Notes: generated from the sequence alone by a model not told the origin. DNA of 59,602 nt, filler included, from 7 parts of 7 records of this genome joined end to end with filler, not necessarily neighbours in it; one strand, 5' to 3'; counted from the whole stretch's first letter, positions 9,824-21,176 are shown. Numbers and translations are program-made.

Positions 9824-11185
9824 TTAAACGATTCGGCCCCACAGGTCGTGTTCATCACAGTCATCGATCAGCACATTAATCAAGTCGCCCGGCTTGGGTT
9901 GCCGCGCCTTGTCCTCTGGCATGGGTATAAACACATTGCCATCAATTTCAGGGGCATCGGCTTTGCTGCGCGCCACAATGCCCTCTTCGTCGGTTTCATC
10001 AACTAACACTTGCATCACTTTGCCCAACTTGGCTTCGTTTCGGTTGAGTGAAATTCTTTCCTGCAGTTCCATCAAACGCGCACGGCGCTCTTCCTTCACC
10101 TCTTCGGGTACCGGGTTTTCCAAGGCATTGGCCACGGCACCGTCCACGGGTGAATAGGCAAACACACCCACACGGTCCAGTTGAGCTTCTTCAATAAAAT
10201 CGAGCAAGTGCTTGAACTCGTCTTCCGTTTCACCAGGGAAGCCTGTAATGAACGTACTGCGCAAGGTAATGTCCGGGCAGGTTTCACGCCATGCGCGAAT
10301 GCGCTCGATGTTGCGCTCCCCGCTGGCGGGCCGCTTCATACGCTTCAAGACATCGGGGTGTGAATGCTGGAATGGAATGTCCAGATACGGCAAAATTTTG
10401 CCTTCAGCCATCAAAGGTACCACGCGGTCCACATGGGGATATGGGTACACATAGTGCATGCGCACCCAAATACCCAGTTCACCCAACTCTTCAGCCAGTT
10501 GCTGAAACTGTGTTTTTACGGGGCGACCATTCACAAAGTCGGTCCGGTATTTCAAATCCACCCCATAAGCGGAAGTGTCCTGGCTCACCACCAGCAATTC
10601 CTTCACACCCGATTTTTTCAGGCTCTCTGCTTCACGAATTACTTCACCGATTGGGCGTGACACCAAATCGCCTCGCATACTTGGGATGATGCAGAAGGTA
10701 CAACGGTGATTACAGCCCTCTGAAATTTTCAGGTAAGCGTAATGCTTTGGGGTTAGTTTCACGCCATGGTCGGGCACCAGGTCGATGAAAGGGTCATGTG
10801 GCTTGGGCAGATGTATGTGCACTGCCTGCATCACCTCTTCAGTGGCATGCGGGCCCGTAACAGCCAGCACCTTGGGGTGCAGGCTGGTGATCAGTTCCTT
10901 GCCTTCATTTCCGTTTTTAGCACCCAGGCAACCTGTCACGATTACCTTGCCATTGGCATGCATGGCTTCGCCAATTGCATCGAGGCTTTCCTGCACGGCA
11001 CTGTCAATAAAACCACAGGTGTTCACAACAATAAGGTCCGCGCCTTCATAGGAGGCAGACACGTTGTACCCCTCAACTTTCAGTTGGGTCAGAATTCGCT
11101 CGGAATCCACAAGGGCCTTTGGGCAACCCAAAGAAACAAAGCCCACACTCGGTGGGCGCTTGGCAGAGAAGGTGTCGTCTTGCAT
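9824..11185 (-). CDS. rimO: ribosomal protein S12 methylthiotransferase
   Basis: [20 protein letters not shown] radical-SAM motif, DAPEIDG TRAM region. Confidence 0.97.
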   Translation of the reverse strand: MQDDTFSAKRPPSVGFVSLGCPKALVDSERILTQLKVEGYNVSASYEGADLIVVNTCGFIDSAVQESLDAIGEAMHANGKVIVTGCLGAKNGNEGKELITSLHPKVLAVTGPHATEEVMQAVHIHLPKPHDPFIDLVPDHGVKLTPKHYAYLKISEGCNHRCTFCIIPSMRGDLVSRPIGEVIREAESLKKSGVKELLVVSQDTSAYGVDLKYRTDFVNGRPVKTQFQQLAEELGELGIWVRMHYVYPYPHVDRVVPLMAEGKILPYLDIPFQHSHPDVLKRMKRPASGERNIERIRAWRETCPDITLRSTFITGFPGETEDEFKHLLDFIEEAQLDRVGVFAYSPVDGAVANALENPVPEEVKEERRARLMELQERISLNRNEAKLGKVMQVLVDETDEEGIVARSKADAPEIDGNVFIPMPEDKARQPKPGDLINVLIDDCDEHDLWGRIV

Positions 11186-11194
11186 GGTCAGGTA

Positions 11195-11812
11195 TTACTT
11201 TTTTGTAGGGTCCGGCTTTGCTTTGTTGGCACCGGGCATACCTGGCATGCCACTCATGCCCGGAAACTCGCCCGGGTTGGGAAATCCAAAGTTTGTGAAC
11301 ATGTTGCGGGTCTGGTTTTGAAACTGATCCTGCATTTGCACAAACATGTTTTTGCTTTGTTCGATGTAGTTGCTCATCATGCTTTGAATGACGGGCGTTT
11401 GAACGCTCATGAACTGTGACCACAATTCCGGGTTGGCAAACTGGCTACCATCCGCAACGTTCTTGCCTTGATCCTGAAAACTATTCTGGATATCCATAAA
11501 AGCTTGCAGATTCTTTTCAAGAAAGGTGCCCATGATGCCCTGCATCGCATTGCCGTAAAACCGAATGATCTGCGAAAGCATGGGTGAGGTGAAAATGGGA
11601 ACTCCCGCTGTTTCTTCCTCCAGAATGATCTGGAGCAAAATACTTCGGGTCAGGTCTTCACCACTTTTCGCATCCACGACTTGAAAGCCTTCGTTTTCCA
11701 GCACCAATAGCTTCACATCGCCCAAGGTGATGTAACTGCTGGTTTGAGTGTCGTACAAGCGTCGGTTCGGATACTTTTTGATCAGTCGTGTTGCTTCAGC
11801 CATGCCTCTCAT
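11195..11812 (-). CDS. phaR: PHA synthesis repressor PhaR
   Basis: RLIKKYPNRRLYDTQTSSYITL, DLTRSILLQII. Confidence 0.96.
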   Translation of the reverse strand: MRGMAEATRLIKKYPNRRLYDTQTSSYITLGDVKLLVLENEGFQVVDAKSGEDLTRSILLQIILEEETAGVPIFTSPMLSQIIRFYGNAMQGIMGTFLEKNLQAFMDIQNSFQDQGKNVADGSQFANPELWSQFMSVQTPVIQSMMSNYIEQSKNMFVQMQDQFQNQTRNMFTNFGFPNPGEFPGMSGMPGMPGANKAKPDPTKK

Positions 11813-11931
11813 CTCTTTCTTGTAGTGTTATACGCCGCCGCACCTGCGTGGGTGGGTGGTCTGGATGCCAGTGCCCCGGTGTTGCTGGCTGTCAAACAAC
11901 CCAGCACAAACAAGCACTTACAAAAAACAAA

Positions 11932-11965
11932 GCACTGCACGCTTTTTCAACGTGCAGTGCAACAT
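11932..11965. promoter_or_regulatory. putative PhaR operator upstream of phaR
   Basis: Inverted repeat GCACTGCACG-N9-CGTGCAGTGC containing TGCAGTGCA (TGC-N3-GCA type). Confidence 0.55.
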
Positions 11966-12009
11966 CATACCGCCTTTTTGGCACTTGGTTGCCGAAAATG
12001 CACCAAGGA

Positions 12010-12753
12010 TTAACCCATGTGCAAGCCGCCATTGAGTGAAAAGTCGGCACCGGTTGAGAATCCGGAGTCTTCAGAAGCCAACCAGGCGCAAATCGATGCG
12101 ATTTCTTCAGGTGTGCCCAAACGCTTGACTGGAATGGTGTTCACGATTTTTTCCAGCACATCGGGGCGAATGGCACGAACCATGTCGGTACCAATGTAGC
12201 CGGGAGAAACGGTATTAACCGTTACACCTTTGGAAGCCACTTCCTGAGCAAGCGCCATGGTAAAACCACGCAAACCGGCCTTGGCTGTGGAATAGTTGGT
12301 TTGACCAAACTGTCCTTTCTGCCCGTTCACCGAAGAAATATTGATAATGCGACCAAAGCCCTGTTCAACCATGCCGCCGATCACCTGCTTGGTCACGTTA
12401 AACAACGAGTTCAAATTAGTGTCGATCACGGCAGACCAATCATCACGACTCATTTTCACAAAGGTGCCGTCGCGGGTAATACCAGCGTTGTTCACCAGAA
12501 TTGACACCGTGCCGTGCTCAGCTTTGACTTTTTCAAATGCTGCCACCGTGCTGTCCCAATCGGCCACGTTGCCCTCGCTTGCATATACTTCGTAACCTGC
12601 GCTGCGCATTTCACCCAGCCATTTTTCTTTGCGGGGTGAATTGGGGCCACAACCGGCAATCACGCGGTAGCCCTGCTCGCACAGTTTCTTGCAAATGGCA
12701 GTTCCAATACCGCCCATACCACCTGTCACGTACGCTACTTTTGGTTCACTCAT
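12010..12753 (-). CDS. phaB: acetoacetyl-CoA reductase
   Basis: [32 protein letters not shown]. Confidence 0.97.
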   Translation of the reverse strand: MSEPKVAYVTGGMGGIGTAICKKLCEQGYRVIAGCGPNSPRKEKWLGEMRSAGYEVYASEGNVADWDSTVAAFEKVKAEHGTVSILVNNAGITRDGTFVKMSRDDWSAVIDTNLNSLFNVTKQVIGGMVEQGFGRIINISSVNGQKGQFGQTNYSTAKAGLRGFTMALAQEVASKGVTVNTVSPGYIGTDMVRAIRPDVLEKIVNTIPVKRLGTPEEIASICAWLASEDSGFSTGADFSLNGGLHMG

Positions 12754-12797
12754 GATTCACATCCCTTCTCTATTTATATTGATTTAAATTCCAGGCT

Positions 12798-13976
12798 TTA
12801 TCGCAACACAGCCAAAGCGACACCCATGCCACCGCCAATGCACAGGGAAGCCAGACCCTTTTTGGCATCACGCTTGTTCATTTCATGGATCAGGCTAACC
12901 AGCACTCGACAACCAGAGGCGCCGATGGGGTGACCCAGCGCGATCGCACCACCATTCACATTGATTTTGGCCGTATCCCAACCCATTTCCTTGTTCACCG
13001 CACAGGCTTGCGCAGCAAATGCTTCGTTGATCTCCATCAGGTCGAGCTCTGCCGCTGTCCAACCCGCTTTTTCCAAACATTTTTTGGAAGCAGGAACTGG
13101 TCCCATGCCCATGATTGTAGGATCCAGGCCAGCACTCGCATACGCTGCAATCTTCGCCAACACTGGCAGCCCCAGTTCTTTGGCTTTGGACGCGCTCATC
13201 AGCATCACAGCCGCCGCGCCATCGTTCAAACCCGATGCATTGGCTGCAGTCACGCTACCGTCCTTTTTAAAAGCGGGTTTCAAGGCGGTCATATTGTCCA
13301 AAGTGGCACCCAAGCGCGGAAATTCGTCGGTGTCAAACACCAAGGGGTCGCCTTTGCGCTGGGGAATACTCAGCGGGAAAATTTCATCTTTGAACTTGCC
13401 CGCCTTGATGGCGGCCTCAGCCTTGTTCTGGCTTTTGACGGCAAACTCATCTTGCTCGGCTCGGTTGACACCATATTTCTCAGCCACATTCTCGGCAGTA
13501 ATACCCATGTGGTATTGGTTGTAAACGTCCCACAAGCCATCCACGATCATGCTGTCCACCAGCTTGGCATCGCCCATGCGGAAGCCATCGCGGCTGCCCA
13601 TCATCACATGAGGTGCGGCACTCATATTTTCCTGCCCACCGGCAATGACGATTTCGGCGTCGCCACATGCAATTGCCTGAGCGCCCAGCATCACGGCCTT
13701 CAGACCAGAACCACACACCTTGTTGATCGTCAAGGCAGGCACGCCAACCGGCAAACCCGCCTTGATCACCGCCTGACGCGCCGGGTTTTGCCCGGAACCC
13801 GCGGTGAGTACCTGACCCAAAATTACTTCGGAAATCTGCTCACCCTTCACCCCGGTTTTTTCGAGCAACCCCTTGATTACATGCGCACCCAATTCCGGTG
13901 CAGAAATTTTGGCAAGTGATCCACCAAACTTGCCCAGTGCGGTCCGGCCCGCAGCCACAATTACCACTTCAGTCAT
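12798..13976 (-). CDS. phaA: acetyl-CoA acetyltransferase
   Basis: [33 protein letters not shown]; between phaC and phaB. Confidence 0.96.
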   Translation of the reverse strand: MTEVVIVAAGRTALGKFGGSLAKISAPELGAHVIKGLLEKTGVKGEQISEVILGQVLTAGSGQNPARQAVIKAGLPVGVPALTINKVCGSGLKAVMLGAQAIACGDAEIVIAGGQENMSAAPHVMMGSRDGFRMGDAKLVDSMIVDGLWDVYNQYHMGITAENVAEKYGVNRAEQDEFAVKSQNKAEAAIKAGKFKDEIFPLSIPQRKGDPLVFDTDEFPRLGATLDNMTALKPAFKKDGSVTAANASGLNDGAAAVMLMSASKAKELGLPVLAKIAAYASAGLDPTIMGMGPVPASKKCLEKAGWTAAELDLMEINEAFAAQACAVNKEMGWDTAKINVNGGAIALGHPIGASGCRVLVSLIHEMNKRDAKKGLASLCIGGGMGVALAVLR

Positions 13977-13997
13977 GTCAACTCTCCTTACAGGTTT

Positions 13998-15836
13998 TTA
14001 TACGGCTCGCTGTTTGACGTATCGTCCAGGCGCGGGCTCAATGGGTTTGTATTTGGCATTTCCAAGTTTGGTGGGTGCCTTGACTTCGCCACCTTTCATG
14101 GGCTCAAGCCACTTGGCCCAATCATTCCACCAACTGCCCGGCACTTCCTTGGCTTTCTTGAACCACTTTTCAGGTGTTTCAGGAATTTCGCCCTCACACA
14201 CCCAATAATTTCTCTTGTTTTTATTCGCTGGGTTAATCACGCCCGCGATATGTCCACTGGCACCCAACACGAAACGGGATTCACCACCCACCAGATGACT
14301 AGTTTGAAATGCGCTGGTCCACGGCACAATGTGGTCTTCCCGGGTTGCCAAAATATAGACAGGAACATCAATCAAACCCAGGTCCACCGGCATACCGCAC
14401 ACCATGGCTTTACCAGGTTGGCAAACCTTGTTTTCCAGATAGGTATTGCGCAGATACCAGGCAAACATCGGGCCGGGCAAATTCGTGCTGTCACTGTTCC
14501 AGTACAACAAATCGAACACAGGTGGCTTTTCACCTTTCAGGTAATTGTTCACCACATAGTTCCAGATCAAATCGTTCGGGCGCAAGGATGAAAATGCACT
14601 GGACAAATCTTTTCCAGGCATTACGCCACCCTTACCGATACTTTCCTCTCGCGCTTTTACCTGCTCTTCATCAACAAACACACCCAAGGCACCTGTGTCA
14701 GTGAAATCAAGCAAAGTGGTCAAAAACGTGACACTGTTCACGCTGTCATCACCACGATTGGCCAAGGTTGACAGTGCAGTTGCCAGAAGCGTGCCACCCA
14801 CACAGAAGCCAAGCACGTTTAGCTTGGGCTGTTTGGAAATTGCTTTGACCACCTCAATGGATTTGATCACGCCATCTTCGACGTAGCCATCCCAAGTGAA
14901 ATGTCCTTCCGCTTCAGTCGGGTTTTTCCACGACACCAGGAAAAGCGTGTGACCTTGCCCCACCGCGAAATTCACCAGGGAGTTGCTGGGCTGAAGATCG
15001 AGAATGTAGTACTTGTTGATACACGGCGGTACGAACAACATAGGTTGTTTGCCCACCTTTTCGGTGGTGGGCTTGTATTGCAAAAGCTGAAAGTAATCGC
15101 ATTCAAACACCACCTCACCGGGCGTGGTGGCCACATTTACACCCACTTCGAATGCACTTTCATCGGTTTGGGAAATTCGACCTTTCTGCATGTCTGCCAT
15201 CAAGTTTTGGATGGCCTGCGTCAGGCTTTCACCTTTGGTTTCCAGCAGTTTCTTTTGTGCTTCAGGATTGGTCACGAAAAAATTGGACGGGCTGAGCGCG
15301 TCTACAAATTGCTCAATCGCGTATTCCACCTTTCGCTTTTCCGGGCTACTGTCGGGCACCAGCTCTACAATTCGTTTCGTGAAGCGGGCATTCAACGAAT
15401 ACATCGCCGCGGTAAACTCATAAATACCGTGGTCATGCCAATCTGCTGAAGCAAATCGCTTGTCACCTTCAATCCAGGCGTCTAGCGGCACTGCCTGTGC
15501 GGATTTGCCCTCCGGATTGGGCAAGTTGGAAAACGCAGAGGCCATTAATGCCGACAACTCGGCTGCATACTCGGCTTGAATTTGCCCCAGCGAATGAACC
15601 GGAATTTGAGTAAGCGCTGCCTGACAAGCCCCCATGATGGAATTCATGAAAGGCTGAATTGCACCCATGGTGGCGTTTTGTAGAGGTGCAGCGGCCTGCA
15701 GACCAGGCAACGGCCCCAATTGACCAAAGGCGCCCATGGCTTGTTGAAACTGGGCCTGCATTTGCTGCTGCATTTGTTCAGCAACAGGCAATAGCTGACC
15801 GAAGACTTCGTTGAAGTCTGGTATTTGTTTGTTCAC
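13998..15836 (-). CDS. phaC: class I PHA synthase
   Basis: PPCINKYYILDL, lipase box GFCVGG, DHIVPW, SGHIAGVINP; start placed at GTG 15836 after an AAGGAGAGG RBS. Confidence 0.96.
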   Translation of the reverse strand: MNKQIPDFNEVFGQLLPVAEQMQQQMQAQFQQAMGAFGQLGPLPGLQAAAPLQNATMGAIQPFMNSIMGACQAALTQIPVHSLGQIQAEYAAELSALMASAFSNLPNPEGKSAQAVPLDAWIEGDKRFASADWHDHGIYEFTAAMYSLNARFTKRIVELVPDSSPEKRKVEYAIEQFVDALSPSNFFVTNPEAQKKLLETKGESLTQAIQNLMADMQKGRISQTDESAFEVGVNVATTPGEVVFECDYFQLLQYKPTTEKVGKQPMLFVPPCINKYYILDLQPSNSLVNFAVGQGHTLFLVSWKNPTEAEGHFTWDGYVEDGVIKSIEVVKAISKQPKLNVLGFCVGGTLLATALSTLANRGDDSVNSVTFLTTLLDFTDTGALGVFVDEEQVKAREESIGKGGVMPGKDLSSAFSSLRPNDLIWNYVVNNYLKGEKPPVFDLLYWNSDSTNLPGPMFAWYLRNTYLENKVCQPGKAMVCGMPVDLGLIDVPVYILATREDHIVPWTSAFQTSHLVGGESRFVLGASGHIAGVINPANKNKRNYWVCEGEIPETPEKWFKKAKEVPGSWWNDWAKWLEPMKGGEVKAPTKLGNAKYKPIEPAPGRYVKQRAV

Positions 15837-15893
15837 CTTCCTCTCCTTTGTGGGGGCAATATGCTCCCTTGGCTCGTCGGCCTTTTCGATATT

Positions 15894-15907
15894 GTGCACC
15901 GCAACAT
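15894..15907. promoter_or_regulatory. putative PhaR operator upstream of phaC
   Basis: GTGCACCGCAACAT matches GTGCAGTGCAACAT upstream of phaR at 12 of 14 positions. Confidence 0.5.
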
Positions 15908-16013
15908 TTTGACTTGTCAAATAATTGTATGCCTCTGACCCTTACTGTTTGCTGATCAGCCCAATTTAATGCACCATCTCCAGTGTATTCGCTTCACCCT
16001 TGAGTGCATAAAG

Positions 16014-16268
16014 ATGTACATCGTTATTATTGGCTGGATGTATGTGGTCACCCTGATGGCGGCTACAGAGACAAACTTCGTGGCGGGAATTGTCACATTC
16101 CTGTTTTATGGGGCACTGCCCTGTGCCGTGCTGGCCTATTTGATGGGAACCAAGTCGAGGCGAATTAAGCGCCGTGCTCAGGAAGAAGCCGAATTAGCGT
16201 TGCAAAACGCCCAGACTGAACTCCCTGCTGTTGCCCCCGCCGATGAGAAAACCAGCGCGGATCGGTGA
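16014..16268 (+). CDS. small hypothetical membrane protein
   Basis: MYIVIIGWMYVVTLMAATE..FLFYGALP: two hydrophobic helices then a basic stretch; overlaps the pgeF 3' end. Confidence 0.7.
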   Translation: MYIVIIGWMYVVTLMAATETNFVAGIVTFLFYGALPCAVLAYLMGTKSRRIKRRAQEEAELALQNAQTELPAVAPADEKTSADR

Positions 16269-17013
16269 CCGTGTCCCAGCCACCACCTTCAATATTGGCA
16301 TCACCCAACTCGCTCAGTGCGAGACGGGCCAATGCATAAAGGTCAGCCAGATATTTTTCCGGCTTTTCATTTGACACATCGCTGGGCTTGAAGCACTCAA
16401 TGGCCTTTGGATTTTGCTGAACAAAAGCGTGAAGCACCTCTGCCCCAACCTCGAAGGACTCAGGCCCAATGGCAGGCCCCATCCAGGCCTTGATTTGAAT
16501 GAGAGGAACCTCGCAGGCGTGACTCAACGCTTTTGCGCTTGCCAGTAAAACACCCGCATGCAAGCCTCGCCAGCCAGCATGGGCTGCCGCAACCCCCAAG
16601 GCTTTGCCGGAACTGCTGAAGGCCACAAAAACGACGGGCAAACAGTCTGCGGTCATGATCGCCAAGGTCAAGTCGCAATTGACACTGACTGAGGCATCCG
16701 CGACAGGTGGTGTCATGCCAGATGAGATGGCATCGCTTGCAAGCTTTGCCTCGAACACTTCACAACCGTGCACCTGGTTTAACCACAGCACAGGAGCACC
16801 CATTTCTCTCTCAACAGAACGGCGCCGAACTTGAACATGGGCGAGGCTATCCCCGACATGCGTACCCAAATTGAAACCATAAGGGCTGGCATCAGGCTGT
16901 GGATTATCAAACCCGGTTTCCGTCACCAGTACCCTGACACCCTCCCAGTCTGGGCCAAGCTGGGAGACAGGAACTTCATTATTCAATTTCTTCAAGATCA
17001 TCGTCTTCGTCAA
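16165..17013 (-). CDS. pgeF: PgeF/YfiH polyphenol oxidase-like protein
   Basis: NLGTHVGD, WLNQVHG, MTADCLPV, HAGWRG, FSHRR; downstream of rluD; start uncertain. Confidence 0.92.
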   Translation of the reverse strand: MTKTMILKKLNNEVPVSQLGPDWEGVRVLVTETGFDNPQPDASPYGFNLGTHVGDSLAHVQVRRRSVEREMGAPVLWLNQVHGCEVFEAKLASDAISSGMTPPVADASVSVNCDLTLAIMTADCLPVVFVAFSSSGKALGVAAAHAGWRGLHAGVLLASAKALSHACEVPLIQIKAWMGPAIGPESFEVGAEVLHAFVQQNPKAIECFKPSDVSNEKPEKYLADLYALARLALSELGDANIEGGGWDTVTDPRWFSHRRGQQQGVQSGRFATLIRLLPEHGA

Positions 17014-18145
17014 AACGCACCAGCACCGACGCTTTGTGTTGGTGAGCTTCCTCCAATACTGCCTCTTCTACATCGTCGCTGTGGAAATCGATGCCAGCCA
17101 TTTCACCCAACAAGCGCAAATCCTCGGGGGCCTTTGCTACATACTCCGGCCATTCATGATTTCCGAGGCTATCGTCCCAATCTTCAGCCGCTTCATCAGC
17201 CCCTTGCACATGAAAATAAGCAGGATCGGGGAAGCTAAGGTGTGTGGCATGCAGGGCTTGGCGTTCGAACTTCTCGCCATTGGGCAATTCAATTGAGGAG
17301 AGTCGCAAGGCAGAGTGACTGCCAGCGCCTTTGATTTTGTAAACCGGATCGGCCACCAAAGCAAAACCTGCATGCTGGGCATGCACGCGAATTTGATGGG
17401 TTCGCCCCGTTTCAAGACGACACACCATCAAGGTGACTGGCACCTCGAGAAGCTCACCAAAGGCGACCGGGGTGAAGTGGGTTACCGCGGGCTTACCGTG
17501 ATCGACCACCGCCATACGCAGACGATTACGCGGGTCGCGGCCCAGGGGGTTATTTACAGTCAAAGGATTTGCAATTCGACCCCACACCAAGGCAAGGTAA
17601 ACACGTTTCACGATGCGGGCTTGCAGCATTTGAACGAGTTTTACCTGGGTTTCTGCAGTCCGAGCCACGACCATCAAACCAGTGGTGTCTGCGTCAAGGC
17701 GGTGCACAATCCCGGCACGGGGCACATGGATCAAACCCGGGTCCAGGTGATACAGACCATTCATCAAAGTACCTGTCCAGTGCCCGGGTGCGGGATGAAC
17801 TACCAGACCAGCCTGTTTGTTGACCACCGTGTATTCATTGGTGCGGGCCACAATGTCCAGGTTCATGTCCTCGGGAATCAAAGCCTGCATGTGGGCCAAA
17901 ACCCCAGGGCTCAACTCAATCCGGTCCATGCCCTGTACTTTCTGATTGCCCTTGGCTGCGGCCACGCCGTTGACCAGTACCCGTTCCTCTTTCAACCAGC
18001 CCTGCAGGCGGGAACGCGAGTACTGCGGGAACAACTCGGCTATCACTTTGTCCAATCTAGAGCCTCCCAATTCCATGGGCACCCTGGCAAGTAACGGTTG
18101 ATCGGGTTGCGCGTTTTCCGCGTCGGCTTGAATTTGGGACGTCAT
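16979..18145 (-). CDS. rluD: 23S rRNA pseudouridine synthase RluD
   Basis: S4 domain, GIVHRLDADTTGL, LETGRTHQIRVH; divergent from bamD. Confidence 0.93.
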   Translation of the reverse strand: MTSQIQADAENAQPDQPLLARVPMELGGSRLDKVIAELFPQYSRSRLQGWLKEERVLVNGVAAAKGNQKVQGMDRIELSPGVLAHMQALIPEDMNLDIVARTNEYTVVNKQAGLVVHPAPGHWTGTLMNGLYHLDPGLIHVPRAGIVHRLDADTTGLMVVARTAETQVKLVQMLQARIVKRVYLALVWGRIANPLTVNNPLGRDPRNRLRMAVVDHGKPAVTHFTPVAFGELLEVPVTLMVCRLETGRTHQIRVHAQHAGFALVADPVYKIKGAGSHSALRLSSIELPNGEKFERQALHATHLSFPDPAYFHVQGADEAAEDWDDSLGNHEWPEYVAKAPEDLRLLGEMAGIDFHSDDVEEAVLEEAHQHKASVLVRFDEDDDLEEIE

Positions 18146-18260
18146 AAATTAAAATCGAATCTTTCAATTGAGTATGCCGCTGGTGGGCGGCACGGGCTTT
18201 GCCCGATATAATGGAAAACCATTGATGATCAAACAGGGACACTTCGGGTTTCGAAATCAC

Positions 18261-19109
18261 ATGAACAAAACCACACTGGCCCCGCGCACCACTTGGCTGC
18301 GCACATTATCGCAGTTATTCCTGATCCCCGCGTTGATTTTCGCGCTGGCTGCATGCGGCTCAGCAAAACAATTCGATGAAACCGAGGGCTGGAGCCCTGC
18401 CCGCCTGTACGAAGAAGCCAAGGCTGAAATCGACGTTGGCAATTACGAGCGCGGTATTGAATTGCTTGAAAAGCTGGAAGCACGCTACCCCTATGGGCGT
18501 TTTGCACAACAGGCACAAATTGACACCGCATTTGCCTATTACAAGGCCGGTGACAATGCCCAGGCATTGGCGGCAACGGATCGCTTCATCAAACTGTACC
18601 CAAACCACCAAAACCTGGATTACGTTTACTACTTGCGTGGTTTGATCAGCTTCAACGAAGACAAAGGCATTTTTGCATTGTTGTCGGGTGAAGATCAAAG
18701 CGCCCGCGACCCCAAAGGCACCCGCGCCGCATTCGATGCCTTCAAAGAAGTGGTCAGCCGCTTTCCTGACAGCAAATACTACGAAGACAGCAAATCGCGC
18801 TTGCAATACCTGGTGAATGCACTTGCGCAAAACGAGTTGCATGTGGCCCGTTATTACTACAAGCGCGGTGCGTACCTGGCCGCAGTGAACCGCGCTCAAG
18901 AAGTAGTACGCCGGTTCGAACAGACTCCCTCCATTGAAGAAGCGCTGTTTATCAGCCTGCGCAGCTATGAGAAGCTGAACATGACCGCCCTTGCGGCAGA
19001 CACCAAACGTGTAATCAACCTGAACTTCAAGGACAGTCCTTACTGGAATATGGATCTTCCCGAGAAGGAAAAAGCGGAAGCCAAATGGTGGCAAGTCTGG
19101 AAAGACTAA
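18261..19109 (+). CDS. bamD: outer membrane protein assembly factor BamD
   Basis: Lipobox LAAC, TPR motifs (LEARYPYG, FIKLYPNH, VARYYYKRGAYLAAVNR). Confidence 0.96.
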   Translation: MNKTTLAPRTTWLRTLSQLFLIPALIFALAACGSAKQFDETEGWSPARLYEEAKAEIDVGNYERGIELLEKLEARYPYGRFAQQAQIDTAFAYYKAGDNAQALAATDRFIKLYPNHQNLDYVYYLRGLISFNEDKGIFALLSGEDQSARDPKGTRAAFDAFKEVVSRFPDSKYYEDSKSRLQYLVNALAQNELHVARYYYKRGAYLAAVNRAQEVVRRFEQTPSIEEALFISLRSYEKLNMTALAADTKRVINLNFKDSPYWNMDLPEKEKAEAKWWQVWKD

Positions 19110-19127
19110 ATTGCTGGGCAGTCGAAT

Positions 19128-19158
19128 GAAAAAAGGATCCTCGAAGGATCCTTTTTTC
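19128..19158. terminator. bidirectional terminator
   Basis: GAAAAAAGGATCC-TCGAA-GGATCCTTTTTTC between convergent genes. Confidence 0.9.
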
Positions 19159-19181
19159 TTGCCCATGATTGTCTCGAACCG

Positions 19182-21146
19182 CTATTTGGAGCGTTTGTCC
19201 CGCATAAACTCTATTGCGACACCCAATTCCCGGGTGCGCTTAAACGGGGGCAAACTTCGCCAAAGCAGCTTTCCATACCCTTTTTCAACCAGGCGGCGAT
19301 CACCAATCAGCAGAACCCCCCAATCAGTTTCATCGCGAATCAGGCGGCCTGCTCCCTGCTTTAACGCAATCGCGGCATCAGGCAGCGATAAATCCTGGAA
19401 AGCATTGCCTCCACGATTTTTAATCAACTCGCTTTTGGCTTGAAACACCGGGTCATCAGGTGGCGCAAATGGCAGTTTGTCAATAATAACGAGGCGCAAG
19501 CCTTCTCCTCGAATATCGACCCCTTCCCAAAAACTGGCTGCACCCACCAAAACCGGATTGTTCAATACCCTGAACTGATCCAGCAATTCAGCCCTCGAGG
19601 CCTCTCCCTGCACCAGCAAACTCCAATCCAGTTCATCATTCTCAATACGTTCACGCAGGTACTCGCCAACCTGTTTTACCGCACGGTGGCTGGTACACAG
19701 GAAAAATACCCCTCCCTCACTGGCTTGCAGCAGCGGCCACACGGCATCGCACAGCTTTTTGCTGAATTGTGGTTCGTTGGGGAAAGGCAAACTGTCGGGT
19801 ACGCACAGCAGCGCTTGCGATTCATAATCGAACGGGCTTGGCAACAGCAACTGCTGGCAATCATCGAGCCCCACTTGCAAGATGAAGTGCTGCAAACTTT
19901 CTTTAATGCTCAAGGTTGCGCTGGTAAAAATCCACGCCTTGGGCTGCTCGGCGTAAAGCTTGGCAAATGCATTGGACACATCCAGCGGCGAATCACAGAA
20001 TTGCACTACGTTGGTCGAGACACTCACCCAACGCACCGACTGTTCATCGGCTTGCGCCATGGCCGGGGAAAACCAGTCTTGCCAACGCAGACACAACTCA
20101 CTCGCGCGCCCCATCAGTTTTACCCAGGATTCGTTGCGTACCGACAAAGGACTGATCATCTCAATCAAAGCTTCCAAGCGGTTCGCGAAGTCTGTGCAAA
20201 CAGCATGAACGCCATTTAACGCCAAAAACTGGGCATGCGTAAAACGAGCGGAATCAATTTCGGTGCCTACAATGCGTCGAATTTCCTTGAGCGCCAACTC
20301 CATGGGGCGAAGCACGGCATCCCAATCGCCAGCATCTGCGCTGGAAGTTCGACCCTCAATCAGCACGTCACGCAAAAACTCCTGACACTGAGCCGTCGAT
20401 ATGGCCTGCCCTAGCAAGCTGGTTGCAATGTCGGGCAACTGGTGCGCTTCGTCGAAAACGATCACATCACAAGCCGGAAGCAACTCGGCGATTCCTTCTT
20501 CTTTCAGTGCAAGATCAGCCAGAAACAAGTGATGATTCACCACAACCACTTCGGCATCCAGTGCATCACGGCGAGCTTTGTTCACGAAGCATTCAGAAGC
20601 GTTGGGACATTCGCCGCCCAGGCAGTTGTCTTTGTTGGATGTAACCCAGCTCCACACGGCTGAGTCCTCGGGCACCCCGGCGCAATCGGCCCGATCACCG
20701 GACTGAGTGCGACCCGCAAATACTTTTACTTTTTGCAGATGGTCCACTTCGCGGGGAGACGGCAAACGTGCCTCTTTGAGCGCACGCTCCAAATGAAAAT
20801 GGCACACATAATTTTGGCGACCCTTCAGCAAAGCCACATTCACGGGTACGCCCAAAGCCTCACGAACCAAGGGCAGGTCTTTATTAAAAAGTTGATCCTG
20901 CAAAGTTTTGGTGGCTGTGGACAACAAAACCCTTCGTCCTGAAAGCAAGGCGGGCACTACATAGGCAAAGGTTTTACCTGTACCTGTGCCTGCTTCAACC
21001 ACCAAAGCACTTTGTGATTCGATCGCATGGCCCACTGCCTGGGCCATTTCAATTTGCGATTCACGTGCGCTGAACCCAGGCAATCTGCGGGCCAGAGCTC
21101 CATTTGGGGCAAAGGCCTCATTCAAGGGTTCAGAAAAATCAAACAT
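19182..21146 (-). CDS. yoaA: DinG/YoaA family ATP-dependent DNA helicase
   Basis: EAGTGTGKT, Fe-S cysteines, FDEAH, SFWEGVD, KQGAGRLIR. Confidence 0.92.
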   Translation of the reverse strand: MFDFSEPLNEAFAPNGALARRLPGFSARESQIEMAQAVGHAIESQSALVVEAGTGTGKTFAYVVPALLSGRRVLLSTATKTLQDQLFNKDLPLVREALGVPVNVALLKGRQNYVCHFHLERALKEARLPSPREVDHLQKVKVFAGRTQSGDRADCAGVPEDSAVWSWVTSNKDNCLGGECPNASECFVNKARRDALDAEVVVVNHHLFLADLALKEEGIAELLPACDVIVFDEAHQLPDIATSLLGQAISTAQCQEFLRDVLIEGRTSSADAGDWDAVLRPMELALKEIRRIVGTEIDSARFTHAQFLALNGVHAVCTDFANRLEALIEMISPLSVRNESWVKLMGRASELCLRWQDWFSPAMAQADEQSVRWVSVSTNVVQFCDSPLDVSNAFAKLYAEQPKAWIFTSATLSIKESLQHFILQVGLDDCQQLLLPSPFDYESQALLCVPDSLPFPNEPQFSKKLCDAVWPLLQASEGGVFFLCTSHRAVKQVGEYLRERIENDELDWSLLVQGEASRAELLDQFRVLNNPVLVGAASFWEGVDIRGEGLRLVIIDKLPFAPPDDPVFQAKSELIKNRGGNAFQDLSLPDAAIALKQGAGRLIRDETDWGVLLIGDRRLVEKGYGKLLWRSLPPFKRTRELGVAIEFMRDKRSK

Positions 21147-21176
21147 GCAGGCTACGGGTAAATTTGGAAGTAAAAA

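Noticed and set aside
11195-11290. GMSGMPGMPG tail of PhaR
   Set aside because: Low-complexity tail with no evidence of a distinct function
12885-13919. Long antisense ORFs (also 35459-36661 and 56865-58235)
   Set aside because: Mirror frames of well-supported genes with no recognisable motifs
8611-15836. rimO and a second thiolase within the pha cluster
   Set aside because: Well-known Burkholderiales arrangement
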